The translations under genes were made by a program, and so were the position numbers. From IMG/VR virus record IMGVR_UViG_2814123268_000002, positions 12,973-76,972 of that record: a stretch of DNA of 64,000 nt; one strand, 5' to 3'. Under the pieces are notes generated by a model that had not been told where the DNA came from, ran no database searches, and was given only the letters and a program-made list of their open reading frames with translations. This document shows, in pieces, positions 10,069-18,050 of this stretch (position 1 is the first letter of the stretch; each line of letters begins with the position of its first letter). The stretch comes from a virus. Its lineage: Duplodnaviria; Caudoviricetes.

Positions 10069-10789
10069 GGTTAACGCTGCGCAGCTCAAGCAGCTGCGCC
10101 AGGCGCTTAAACAGGCCGACATGTCGCCCGCCAAGCGTCAGCGCCTATTGTGGCGTATCGCCAGGCGTGGGCTTATCCCGCTGGCCAAGCGCCATGTTAG
10201 AGCACAGACCGCCCCGGATGGTTCGCCCTGGCCCAAGCGTCGGCGCGGCAAACGCAAGATGCTGACCGGACTGCCGAAGTTTTTGGGTGTACGCGAGAAC
10301 GGCGATGGCTCTGTCACGCTGCGCTTTGGACGCGGGAGCTACGAGAGCAACACGCACGCCGGTGCCATCGGCTACGTCAACCAGCACGGAGCTGATATCC
10401 AGATGTCCGCCGCCGCCCTGCGTCGCAGTGGCACCCAGCAGGCTGGTAAGTCAGCCACCCGAGCGCAGGCGCGCACGCTGGTATCGCTCGGCTATCAGGT
10501 CCCGGACACGCCAGACCGTGGGGCCGACGGACGCTACAAGGCACCGACAACACGCGGCAAAAAACGCCGGGTTAGCCAGGCGTGGATCTGCGCGAACCTG
10601 AGCATGGCTCAGGCGGGATTGATAATCCGGCAGCTCAAGGGTGAAGCGCCTAAAACGGCGTGGACTATCACCCTGCCGGCACGCGCATTTTTGGGTGCCA
10701 GTGATGACGAATTCGCCACCATTCTGGCGCGCGAACTGCGCGGGATCCAGTTTGGCTGGAATGTGAAAAAACAGGATATCAAGAGGTAA
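10055..10789 (+). CDS. Virion morphogenesis protein (gpS-like)
   Basis: QTAPDGSPWPKR, LPARAFLG. Confidence 0.8.
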   Translation: MIRGEVNAAQLKQLRQALKQADMSPAKRQRLLWRIARRGLIPLAKRHVRAQTAPDGSPWPKRRRGKRKMLTGLPKFLGVRENGDGSVTLRFGRGSYESNTHAGAIGYVNQHGADIQMSAAALRRSGTQQAGKSATRAQARTLVSLGYQVPDTPDRGADGRYKAPTTRGKKRRVSQAWICANLSMAQAGLIIRQLKGEAPKTAWTITLPARAFLGASDDEFATILARELRGIQFGWNVKKQDIKR

Positions 10790-10793
10790 GCCT

Positions 10794-11948
10794 ATGGTTT
10801 GGCCCAGTGTCACGATTACCCAGCTGAACACGTTCGGCGGCGTCACCAGGTCCATCGAGCGCACCGTGCTGTTTGTCGGGACTGCCAGTATGAACTATGA
10901 AGCGATCTTTCCCGTCATCGCCAGCAGCGATCTCGATGCCATGTTCGGCAGCGACGACTGTGTGCTGAAAGATGAGATCGCCGCGTTTTTCAAGAGCGCC
11001 GGGCCGGGCGCGTTTTGCTACGCGGCGGTTATATCAGATTTTATTCCTTTTCCCGCGCCGGGGGAGAAGCGTCAACCCATCTGGGCCAATACCGTTCGCC
11101 GCGCCATGGCGCGGGTATCGGTAGAGGGAGTCATCATCACTGAAACCATCAGCACTCAGGAGGAGATCCTGGCCGCCCAGGCGCTGCGCACCGAGCTCAA
11201 TAACACGCTGGGGCGCTGGCTGTGGTTTGCCCTGCCCGTCGCCGGTATCGATGTCAACAACGAGATTTGGGCGGAATACATCGAAAAACTGACCGCGCTG
11301 CAGCAGGGCATCGTCGCGCCACAGGTACAGCTGGTGCCGACGTTTTTTGGTAATGATATCGGCGTACTGGCCGGGCGCCTGTGTAATGCCGCGGTAACCG
11401 TAGCCGATAGCCCGGCACGCGTCGCAACAGGGCCGCTGCAGGGGCTCAAAAACCTGGACAGACCCGTTGATGTAGACGACAACCAGCTCGGTTTGGCCAC
11501 GCTGCAGGCGCTGGCCCGCGTGCGCTACAGCGTGCCGATGTGGTATGCCGATTACGAAGGCCTGTACTGGTCAGACGGCGTCACGCTGGAGGCCGAGGGC
11601 GGAGATTATGGCGTGATCGAAAACGTGCGCGTGGCTGACAAAGCCGCCCGGCGCATCCGTATCATGGCGATCCCCAAAATTGCCGATCGTACCCTGAACA
11701 GCACACCGGGCAGTATCGCTGCCCATGAGATGCTGTTTGGCAAGCCGCTGCGTGAGATGGCCAAGAGCGTGCAGATCAACGGTATCACCTTCCCCGGTGA
11801 GGTTCGCCCGCCGAAAGATGGCGATGTGACCATCACCTGGCCAGAGAACTCCCGCGTCAGTATCAATTTCATTATCCGCCCCTACAACTGCCCGAAGGAA
11901 ATCACCGTCGGGATTATGTTGGATACCGATCAGGAGAATAACGTATGA
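10794..11948 (+). CDS. Tail sheath protein (HP1-type, DUF2586-like)
   Basis: MVWPSVTI, GVLAGRLCN, ADSPARVATG, YSVPMWYADYEGLYWSDG. Confidence 0.85.
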   Translation: MVWPSVTITQLNTFGGVTRSIERTVLFVGTASMNYEAIFPVIASSDLDAMFGSDDCVLKDEIAAFFKSAGPGAFCYAAVISDFIPFPAPGEKRQPIWANTVRRAMARVSVEGVIITETISTQEEILAAQALRTELNNTLGRWLWFALPVAGIDVNNEIWAEYIEKLTALQQGIVAPQVQLVPTFFGNDIGVLAGRLCNAAVTVADSPARVATGPLQGLKNLDRPVDVDDNQLGLATLQALARVRYSVPMWYADYEGLYWSDGVTLEAEGGDYGVIENVRVADKAARRIRIMAIPKIADRTLNSTPGSIAAHEMLFGKPLREMAKSVQINGITFPGEVRPPKDGDVTITWPENSRVSINFIIRPYNCPKEITVGIMLDTDQENNV

Positions 11949-12400
11949 CCGCCCGCATCAGTGGTATGTCATTCGACGTCAACGTCGGCGGCATCGAGAT
12001 CCACATCAACACCGTTTCCCTGGATATCAGCGACGAGACCAGTGTCGCCAAGACGCGCGGCATCCCCGACGGTACCATCGACGGCGCCATCAGCGCCGAG
12101 GGGGAAATCGAGGTGGATAGCCGTAATTTTAATTTATTGGGCGAGGCAGCCAGCCAGGCCGGATCGTGGCGCGGCCTGCCGCCGATGGATTTTCTGTTTT
12201 TTGCCGACACCGGCGACGAAAGAATCGATGTGAAAGCCTTCGGCTGCAAGCTGTTGCTCTCTAACCTGCTGAATATCGACAGCAAGGGGGGGGAGCTCGC
12301 CATGCATAAGCTGAAGTACCTGGTCTCCAGCCCGGATTTTGTCCATATCAACGGCACGCGCGTACTGTCCGAGCACGACGTGCGCGGGCTGATGGGGTGA
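11945..12400 (+). CDS. Tail tube protein (HP1-type, DUF2597-like)
   Basis: RISGMSFD, SPDFVHING; follows sheath gene. Confidence 0.8.
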   Translation: MTARISGMSFDVNVGGIEIHINTVSLDISDETSVAKTRGIPDGTIDGAISAEGEIEVDSRNFNLLGEAASQAGSWRGLPPMDFLFFADTGDERIDVKAFGCKLLLSNLLNIDSKGGELAMHKLKYLVSSPDFVHINGTRVLSEHDVRGLMG

Positions 12401-12403
12401 CCT

Positions 12404-12694
12404 ATGTTCAACGAGCATGAGCGAACCCTGTTCACCCTGGCGCTGATCGGTGCCGGTTCCGCCATTGGCCGGGTCTTGCTGAGTGAGGAGCCCATCACCT
12501 GGAAGCTGTTCATCGGACGGACGCTGCTCGGCAGCGGGCTCTCCATGTCCGCCGCCGCCCTGCTGATCCAGTACCCCAGCCTCTCCCCGCTGGCCGTCGC
12601 TGGCGTCGGCGCCGCACTGGGGGTTGCCGGGTACCAGTGCATAGAAATCTATCTGCGCCGCTGGTTACGGCGGCGCGACCGGGATAAACGCTAA
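12404..12694 (+). CDS. Phage holin
   Basis: Three hydrophobic segments, basic C-terminus, precedes endolysin. Confidence 0.8.
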   Translation: MFNEHERTLFTLALIGAGSAIGRVLLSEEPITWKLFIGRTLLGSGLSMSAAALLIQYPSLSPLAVAGVGAALGVAGYQCIEIYLRRWLRRRDRDKR

Positions 12695-12710
12695 CCGTAC
12701 GAGGTATTTC

Positions 12711-13262
12711 ATGAACATTGATGCCATTTTCGATCAATTGCTGGGCAAAGAGGGGAATTATGTCGATCACCCCAGCGATAAGGGCGGTCCCACCAACTGG
12801 GGTATCACCGAAAAAACCGCCCGCGCGCATGGCTACACCGGTGATATGCGTTACCTGACCCGCGGGCAGGCCCTGGAGATCTACCGTGCCGACTATTGGC
12901 GCGCGCCCCGCTTCGATCAGGTCTATGCCCTGAGCCCCCCGCTGGCCGAGGAGTTACTGGATACGGGGGTCAACATGGGGCCGTCCGTCCCCTCTGCCTG
13001 GCTACAACGCTGGCTTAACGCCTTCAACCAGCGCGGAAAACTGTATCCGGATTTACAGGCCGATGGCAGCATCGGTCCCCGTACCCTCTCCGCTCTGCAG
13101 GCTTACCTGAACGCCCGCGGCGACGAGGGCGCCACGGTTTTGCTCTCTGCGCTGAACTGCAGCCAGGGAGCCCGCTACCTTGAGATCACCGAGCGGGATC
13201 AAGCCCAGGAAGACTTTACCTATGGCTGGATGCGGGCACGGGTGGCCACGCCCCAAACCTAA
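12711..13262 (+). CDS. Endolysin, glycoside hydrolase family 108 with peptidoglycan-binding domain
   Basis: EGNYVDHPSDKGGPTNWGIT, DTGVNMG, DGSIGPRT. Confidence 0.92.
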   Translation: MNIDAIFDQLLGKEGNYVDHPSDKGGPTNWGITEKTARAHGYTGDMRYLTRGQALEIYRADYWRAPRFDQVYALSPPLAEELLDTGVNMGPSVPSAWLQRWLNAFNQRGKLYPDLQADGSIGPRTLSALQAYLNARGDEGATVLLSALNCSQGARYLEITERDQAQEDFTYGWMRARVATPQT

Positions 13263-13292
13263 TAACGCCACCGATTATCCCAGGAGTCTCCT

Positions 13293-13580
13293 ATGACGGA
13301 AAAAACGCAGTACAACGATGCACCCGGCCTGATCACCCTGCAGATCGGTGAGCAGGAGCTGACCTTCGCCCCAACGCCGCAGGCCTACGACACCCTGCAA
13401 AACGACTTTATGCCGAACAACAAAGTCGCGCCGCTGAAAAACTACCTGCGCCGCATCGTCATCAAGGATCATCGCCAGGCGCTGGATACGCTGCTGCAAA
13501 AACCCGGGATGCCGGCGGCGATAGCAAGCGCGGTAAATGACGAGTACGCCCCGAACATCGAGATCATCGTAAAAAAATAG
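13293..13580 (+). CDS. Tail assembly chaperone
   Basis: Upstream of tape measure; ends in slippery GTA AAA AAA TAG. Confidence 0.75.
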   Translation: MTEKTQYNDAPGLITLQIGEQELTFAPTPQAYDTLQNDFMPNNKVAPLKNYLRRIVIKDHRQALDTLLQKPGMPAAIASAVNDEYAPNIEIIVKK

Positions 13581-13765
13581 CGGCGCAGGTTGAGGCTATC
13601 AGGCATAACCCGTTTTCGCAGCTGCTGGCCCTGCGCCGCCACTATCTGCCGGGTGAGGATGACGGGCCGCAGAGTCTCGCCATGGCCGCCTGGCTGGATA
13701 ACCACTACTGGGAGAGCCTGTGCGCCGCCGTCAATAACGGCATCGTGAAAGCCTTTAAGGGGTAA
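13571..13765 (+). CDS. -1 frameshift extension of the tail assembly chaperone
   Basis: A7 run 13571-13577; -1 frame IAAQVEAIRHNPFSQLLALRRHYLPGEDDG...KAFKG open to TAA 13765, 3 bp before the TMP start. Confidence 0.7.
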   Translation, partial: KKIAAQVEAIRHNPFSQLLALRRHYLPGEDDGPQSLAMAAWLDNHYWESLCAAVNNGIVKAFKG

Positions 13766-13768
13766 GAC

Positions 13769-15964
13769 ATGCAACGCCTGGAGCTGCTGCTTTCGCTCAA
13801 TAACAAGCTGACCCGACCGCTGCGTGCGGCCGGCAGTCAGGTACAGGCGTTTGCCGCCACCAGTCGTGCCGCATTCGGCCAAATCGCTATCGGCGGCGCG
13901 GCATTGTGGGGGGTGGGTCATGCCATCAAAGGGGCGCTGCAGCCCGCCATCGAAATGGACAGGGCGCTGGGTGAGGTCAGGTCACTGGGGGTGGCGGAGA
14001 GCGGACTGCGTAAACTGCAGCGCGCCTCCCTCGACTTCACCATGGCCTATGGTGGCAATGCCGCGGAGTTTGTACGCTCCTCCTACGATATCCAGTCCGC
14101 CATCGCGGGTCTGACCGATAACGAGCTGTCCCGATTTACGGCGGCCTCCGCCACCCTGGCCAGAGCCACCAAGTCGAGCAGTGCGACAATCACCGCCTAC
14201 ATGGGCACGATGTACGGCATTTTCGAGCAGCAGGCCAACGCCATGGGCAGGGGCGCCTGGGTGGAGCAAATCGCCGGCCAGACGGCGACGGCGGTGCAGA
14301 TGTTCAAAACCACCGGCGATCAGATGTCTGCCGCATTCACCTCGCTGGGCGCCAGCGCCACCGCTGCCGGCGTCGATGTCGCCGAACAGTTCGCCGTGCT
14401 CGGCCAGCTGCAGGCCACCATGAGCGGCAGCGAGGCCGGAACAAAGTACCGGGCGTTCCTGGCCGGCATCGGCGGTGCGCAGACAACCCTGGGGCTGAAT
14501 TTCACCCGCCGTGACGGCACCATGAAGGGCATCACCGAAATCATGCGCCTGATCCAGGGTAAATTTGGCGATCTGTCCAAAGTTACCGACAGTGACCTAC
14601 TGGCAAAGGCCTTTGGCTCCAAGCAGGCCGTCGCGATGGTCAAGTTGCTCAATGCCAATATCGGTAATCTGGAAAAGAACATTACCACCCTGGGAAACAG
14701 CAGGGGGATGGGTAAGGCCGCCGAGATGGCCGGGGCGATGGCCGATCCTTGGAAACAGAGTCTGGCCGTCATCAATGCCATGCGCATTGAGATCGGCACC
14801 CAGTTGCTGCCGGTGCTCTATCCGTTTATCGATCAGGCCGTCAGCGGTGGCCGCGAGTTCATCAAATGGCTGCAGCTCTACCCCAACATTACCCGCGCCA
14901 TCGGGCTGATGGCCGTCGCCATGCTGGCGCTGGCCGCCGCGGGTGCCGTCGTCAATATCACGCTGGGTGTCATGCGATTTGTCGGTAGTGGCCTGAAAGC
15001 GGCCTTTACCGTGCTCGCCTGGGCATTTCGCCTTAATGCCATCGGCACCCTGATTTCCGCCAGCGCCACAAAAGTTTATGCCATGGCTCTGCGCCACCTG
15101 CGCGCCGGCATGCTTGCCTCGAGTATCGCCGGCCGGGGACTGGCAGTCTCTATCGCCATGGTCACCTGGCCGATACTGCTGATCGGCGCCGCCATCGCAG
15201 GCGTCGTGCTGCTGGTCTACAAATTTTGGCAGCCCATCAGGGCCTTTTTCTCGGGCTTCATTCAGGGATTTTCTGACGCCTGGGTCGAGCTATCCAAGGG
15301 ATCCCCCCTGTTCACCATAATGGCCAGGGGGATTGCCTGGGTGTGGTCCGGTGTAAAAACCCTCTTCGGTTGGCTGTCAGGCCTGTTCACTCCCATCGCG
15401 CTGACCGGCGAACAGTTCAGCCGCGTCAGCCAGGCGGGCGCCTCATTTGGCCGCATCGCTGCCGCTGCCGTCAGCGCCATTCTGGCACCGCTGGAGATGA
15501 TAACCAACGCACTCGGATTGGTGTGGGATGCCATTGTCATCATTGGCCAGGGATGGATAGACATCTGGGAGGCCATCGATATCGAAAACCCCCTGCAGTC
15601 AATGAAGCGTATCGCCGCAGGGATCCTGAACATTTTTGGCAACCTGTGGGCGCTGGTGAAATCCTCATTTTCCAGCGCCTATAACTGGATCATCGAAAAA
15701 CTGAACCTGATCCCCGGCGTCAGCATAGAGATGCAGCCCATCCCCACACCCGACGCGCTGAATGGCAATGCCGGCGACGAGGCCACCCCACTGCTGACCG
15801 CAGGACAGGTGCAGAGCGCGGGGCCCGGCGGCATCGGCCAGCAGATCCGCAACAGCAACAACAGCAAAACCGACATCGATCAGTCGGTTCGCACCACCAC
15901 GTTTAACATCGCCAGTGCGTCTGCCGGCGACATCAGGGAGCTTCAGGAACTCTATGCACGATAG
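13769..15964 (+). CDS. Tail tape measure protein (TP901 family)
   Basis: 731 aa, Ala/Gly-rich, SSYDIQSAIAGL, MSGSEAGTKYRAF. Confidence 0.92.
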   Translation: MQRLELLLSLNNKLTRPLRAAGSQVQAFAATSRAAFGQIAIGGAALWGVGHAIKGALQPAIEMDRALGEVRSLGVAESGLRKLQRASLDFTMAYGGNAAEFVRSSYDIQSAIAGLTDNELSRFTAASATLARATKSSSATITAYMGTMYGIFEQQANAMGRGAWVEQIAGQTATAVQMFKTTGDQMSAAFTSLGASATAAGVDVAEQFAVLGQLQATMSGSEAGTKYRAFLAGIGGAQTTLGLNFTRRDGTMKGITEIMRLIQGKFGDLSKVTDSDLLAKAFGSKQAVAMVKLLNANIGNLEKNITTLGNSRGMGKAAEMAGAMADPWKQSLAVINAMRIEIGTQLLPVLYPFIDQAVSGGREFIKWLQLYPNITRAIGLMAVAMLALAAAGAVVNITLGVMRFVGSGLKAAFTVLAWAFRLNAIGTLISASATKVYAMALRHLRAGMLASSIAGRGLAVSIAMVTWPILLIGAAIAGVVLLVYKFWQPIRAFFSGFIQGFSDAWVELSKGSPLFTIMARGIAWVWSGVKTLFGWLSGLFTPIALTGEQFSRVSQAGASFGRIAAAAVSAILAPLEMITNALGLVWDAIVIIGQGWIDIWEAIDIENPLQSMKRIAAGILNIFGNLWALVKSSFSSAYNWIIEKLNLIPGVSIEMQPIPTPDALNGNAGDEATPLLTAGQVQSAGPGGIGQQIRNSNNSKTDIDQSVRTTTFNIASASAGDIRELQELYAR

Positions 15965-16307
15965 TCCAGCGCGCTATATCGACCTGCTGATCACCGACCG
16001 CAATTTCACCCTGAACAGCGGCCGGGAACCGGTGCTGTGCGATAACCTGCGCAGCATTGCCCAAGACTGCCAGCACGCCATTATCGAGAGCGGGCTGGCG
16101 ACACGCATGCTGGCGGAGAAAAGCCCCACCCTGCGCGCTGACCTGATGATGCAGATGATGCTGCTGGTCGAAGATGACGATCGCATCGTTCCGGGCACGG
16201 TCAGCGTAACCGAAGAGACGCCGCTTTCCGGCCGGCTGCTTATCCTGGCCGCAACCGAAGATTTTCGCCATGAACCGCTGAGATTTGAGGTGACACTGAA
16301 TGATTAA
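15954..16307 (+). CDS. Baseplate protein (DUF2590-like)
   Basis: YIDLLIT, SIAQDCQHAIIESGL, VEDDDRIVPGT. Confidence 0.75.
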   Translation: MHDSPARYIDLLITDRNFTLNSGREPVLCDNLRSIAQDCQHAIIESGLATRMLAEKSPTLRADLMMQMMLLVEDDDRIVPGTVSVTEETPLSGRLLILAATEDFRHEPLRFEVTLND

Positions 16308-17484
16308 TGGCAAGCCGAAGGTCGATTACGAGAAAATTTTGGCGGAGCAGGGCATGCCCACCACTCCCGCGCAGGCGCGAGCCCGGTTTGACGCCATCGT
16401 CAAAGCAGAGGGGTTGATCACCAATGCGTCGCGCATGTCGCCCTTCTGGAAGTTGATCACCGCCATCGTCACAACGCCGGTGATGTGGCTCAAGGATGCG
16501 CTGGTCAACGTGGTGATGAAAAACCTGTTTTTGGCGACAGCCAGCGGCGTCTTCGTCGATATCATGGCCTGGGCGGTCAACCTGCCCCGTAAGCCTGCCA
16601 CTGCCGCCCGGGGGGTCATCCTGTTTACCAAGGCCGATGCCGCCCGGCTCATCACCGTACCTGCTGGCACCCAGATCCAGACAGAGCGCATCAATGGCGT
16701 CATCTACTCGCTGACCACCACCGCCGACGCCGTCATTCCGGAAGGGGTAGCGCAGCTGCGCCTGAAGGTCACCGCTGACGCTCCCGGTGCCGGTTTCAAT
16801 CTGGCCCCGGGCTATTACCGCATTCTGCCTACCGCCATCGACGGTATCGAGCGCGTCGAAAACCCCGAGGACTGGCTGCTCTCCCCCGGTGCCGATGCCG
16901 AGCGCGACGATGAGCTGCGCGATCGGGTGCGCAATCAGTTCAATCTGGCCGGTGCCTACCACACCGATGCCGTATACCGTGGCCTGATCTCCAGCGTTGC
17001 CGGTATCAGCGCCGAGCGCATCTACTTTGTACACGACGCGCCGCGCGGTCCGGGCACCGCCAACGCCTATATTCTGCTGGACAGCGGGATCCCCGCCCAG
17101 CCGTTCATCGACACCATCAATGACCATATCATGGACCGGGGGCATCACGGCCACGGCGACGATCTGCGTACATTCGCGATGCCCGAAACACGCCACGACC
17201 TGACTGTTACCCTGTACCTCGATGCCAGCCTTGGGCTGACCGGACAGGCGATCGATGTACTGCGGCGCGATGTCGGCAACCTGGTGCGCTGCGCGTTCCG
17301 TGAAAATACCGAATATGACGTACAGAAGACCTGGCCCTACAGCCGCTTTAGCATGTCGCGTCTGAGTGAGGAGATTCACCAGCACTTTGCCGAAATCGAA
17401 TCGGTCATACTCTCGCTGACAGATATCGAAAGCGGCCTGGCCGTGCCGCGCCTGCGTGCCCTGTCCATCGAGGTACCCGTATGA
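16300..17484 (+). CDS. Baseplate J/gp47 family protein
   Basis: SPFWKLI, PGADAERDDELRDR, APRGPGTANAY. Confidence 0.88.
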   Translation: MINGKPKVDYEKILAEQGMPTTPAQARARFDAIVKAEGLITNASRMSPFWKLITAIVTTPVMWLKDALVNVVMKNLFLATASGVFVDIMAWAVNLPRKPATAARGVILFTKADAARLITVPAGTQIQTERINGVIYSLTTTADAVIPEGVAQLRLKVTADAPGAGFNLAPGYYRILPTAIDGIERVENPEDWLLSPGADAERDDELRDRVRNQFNLAGAYHTDAVYRGLISSVAGISAERIYFVHDAPRGPGTANAYILLDSGIPAQPFIDTINDHIMDRGHHGHGDDLRTFAMPETRHDLTVTLYLDASLGLTGQAIDVLRRDVGNLVRCAFRENTEYDVQKTWPYSRFSMSRLSEEIHQHFAEIESVILSLTDIESGLAVPRLRALSIEVPV

Positions 17485-18050
17485 ATCTGCCAAAACTGCC
17501 TGACATCGCCCTGCCCGGCTGGATGAGCCTGGGCGAGCCGCTGACGCTGGCACACGCCTCAAAACGCTACTGGGAGATAGTCTATGGCTGGCTGACATGG
17601 CCTCTGGCACAAATCGATGTGGACAGCTGTGCGGTACCACTGCTTAACCTGCTGGCCTACCAGCGCAGCATCACCCGTTTTAACGGTGAACCGCTGAGGC
17701 TGTTCCGCCTGCGCGTAAAGCACGCCTTTATCAACGCCCAAGACGCCGGCGAGCAGCGCGGCTTTGAGCGTATTTTTCAGCGGTTGGAGATAGGTGACGT
17801 ACAAACGCTGCAACGCCAGTCACGGCTCGACTGGGATCAGATCATGCTGCGTATCAACGATCTCCAGCTCAGCGAGAACAACGCGTTAATGATGAGCCTG
17901 GTGCGCCAGTATGGCCGAACCTGCCGCCGCTATTTTTTCCAGATCATCAATAACCGCACCCTGCATATCACCGGCGCAACCTTTGACGGCGACTACCGCT
18001 ATTTACACGCCAAAATTCCCCGGGTCACCAATGAGGGCACACACCCATGA
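17481..18050 (+). CDS. Baseplate/tail protein (gpI-like)
   Basis: LLNLLAYQRSITRFNGEP, QYGRTCRRY. Confidence 0.8.
   Translation: MNLPKLPDIALPGWMSLGEPLTLAHASKRYWEIVYGWLTWPLAQIDVDSCAVPLLNLLAYQRSITRFNGEPLRLFRLRVKHAFINAQDAGEQRGFERIFQRLEIGDVQTLQRQSRLDWDQIMLRINDLQLSENNALMMSLVRQYGRTCRRYFFQIINNRTLHITGATFDGDYRYLHAKIPRVTNEGTHP

Noticed and set aside
16240-17640. 466-aa minus-strand ORF and similar long antisense ORFs in prophage 1
   Set aside because: Shadows of GC-rich structural genes with no recognisable motifs
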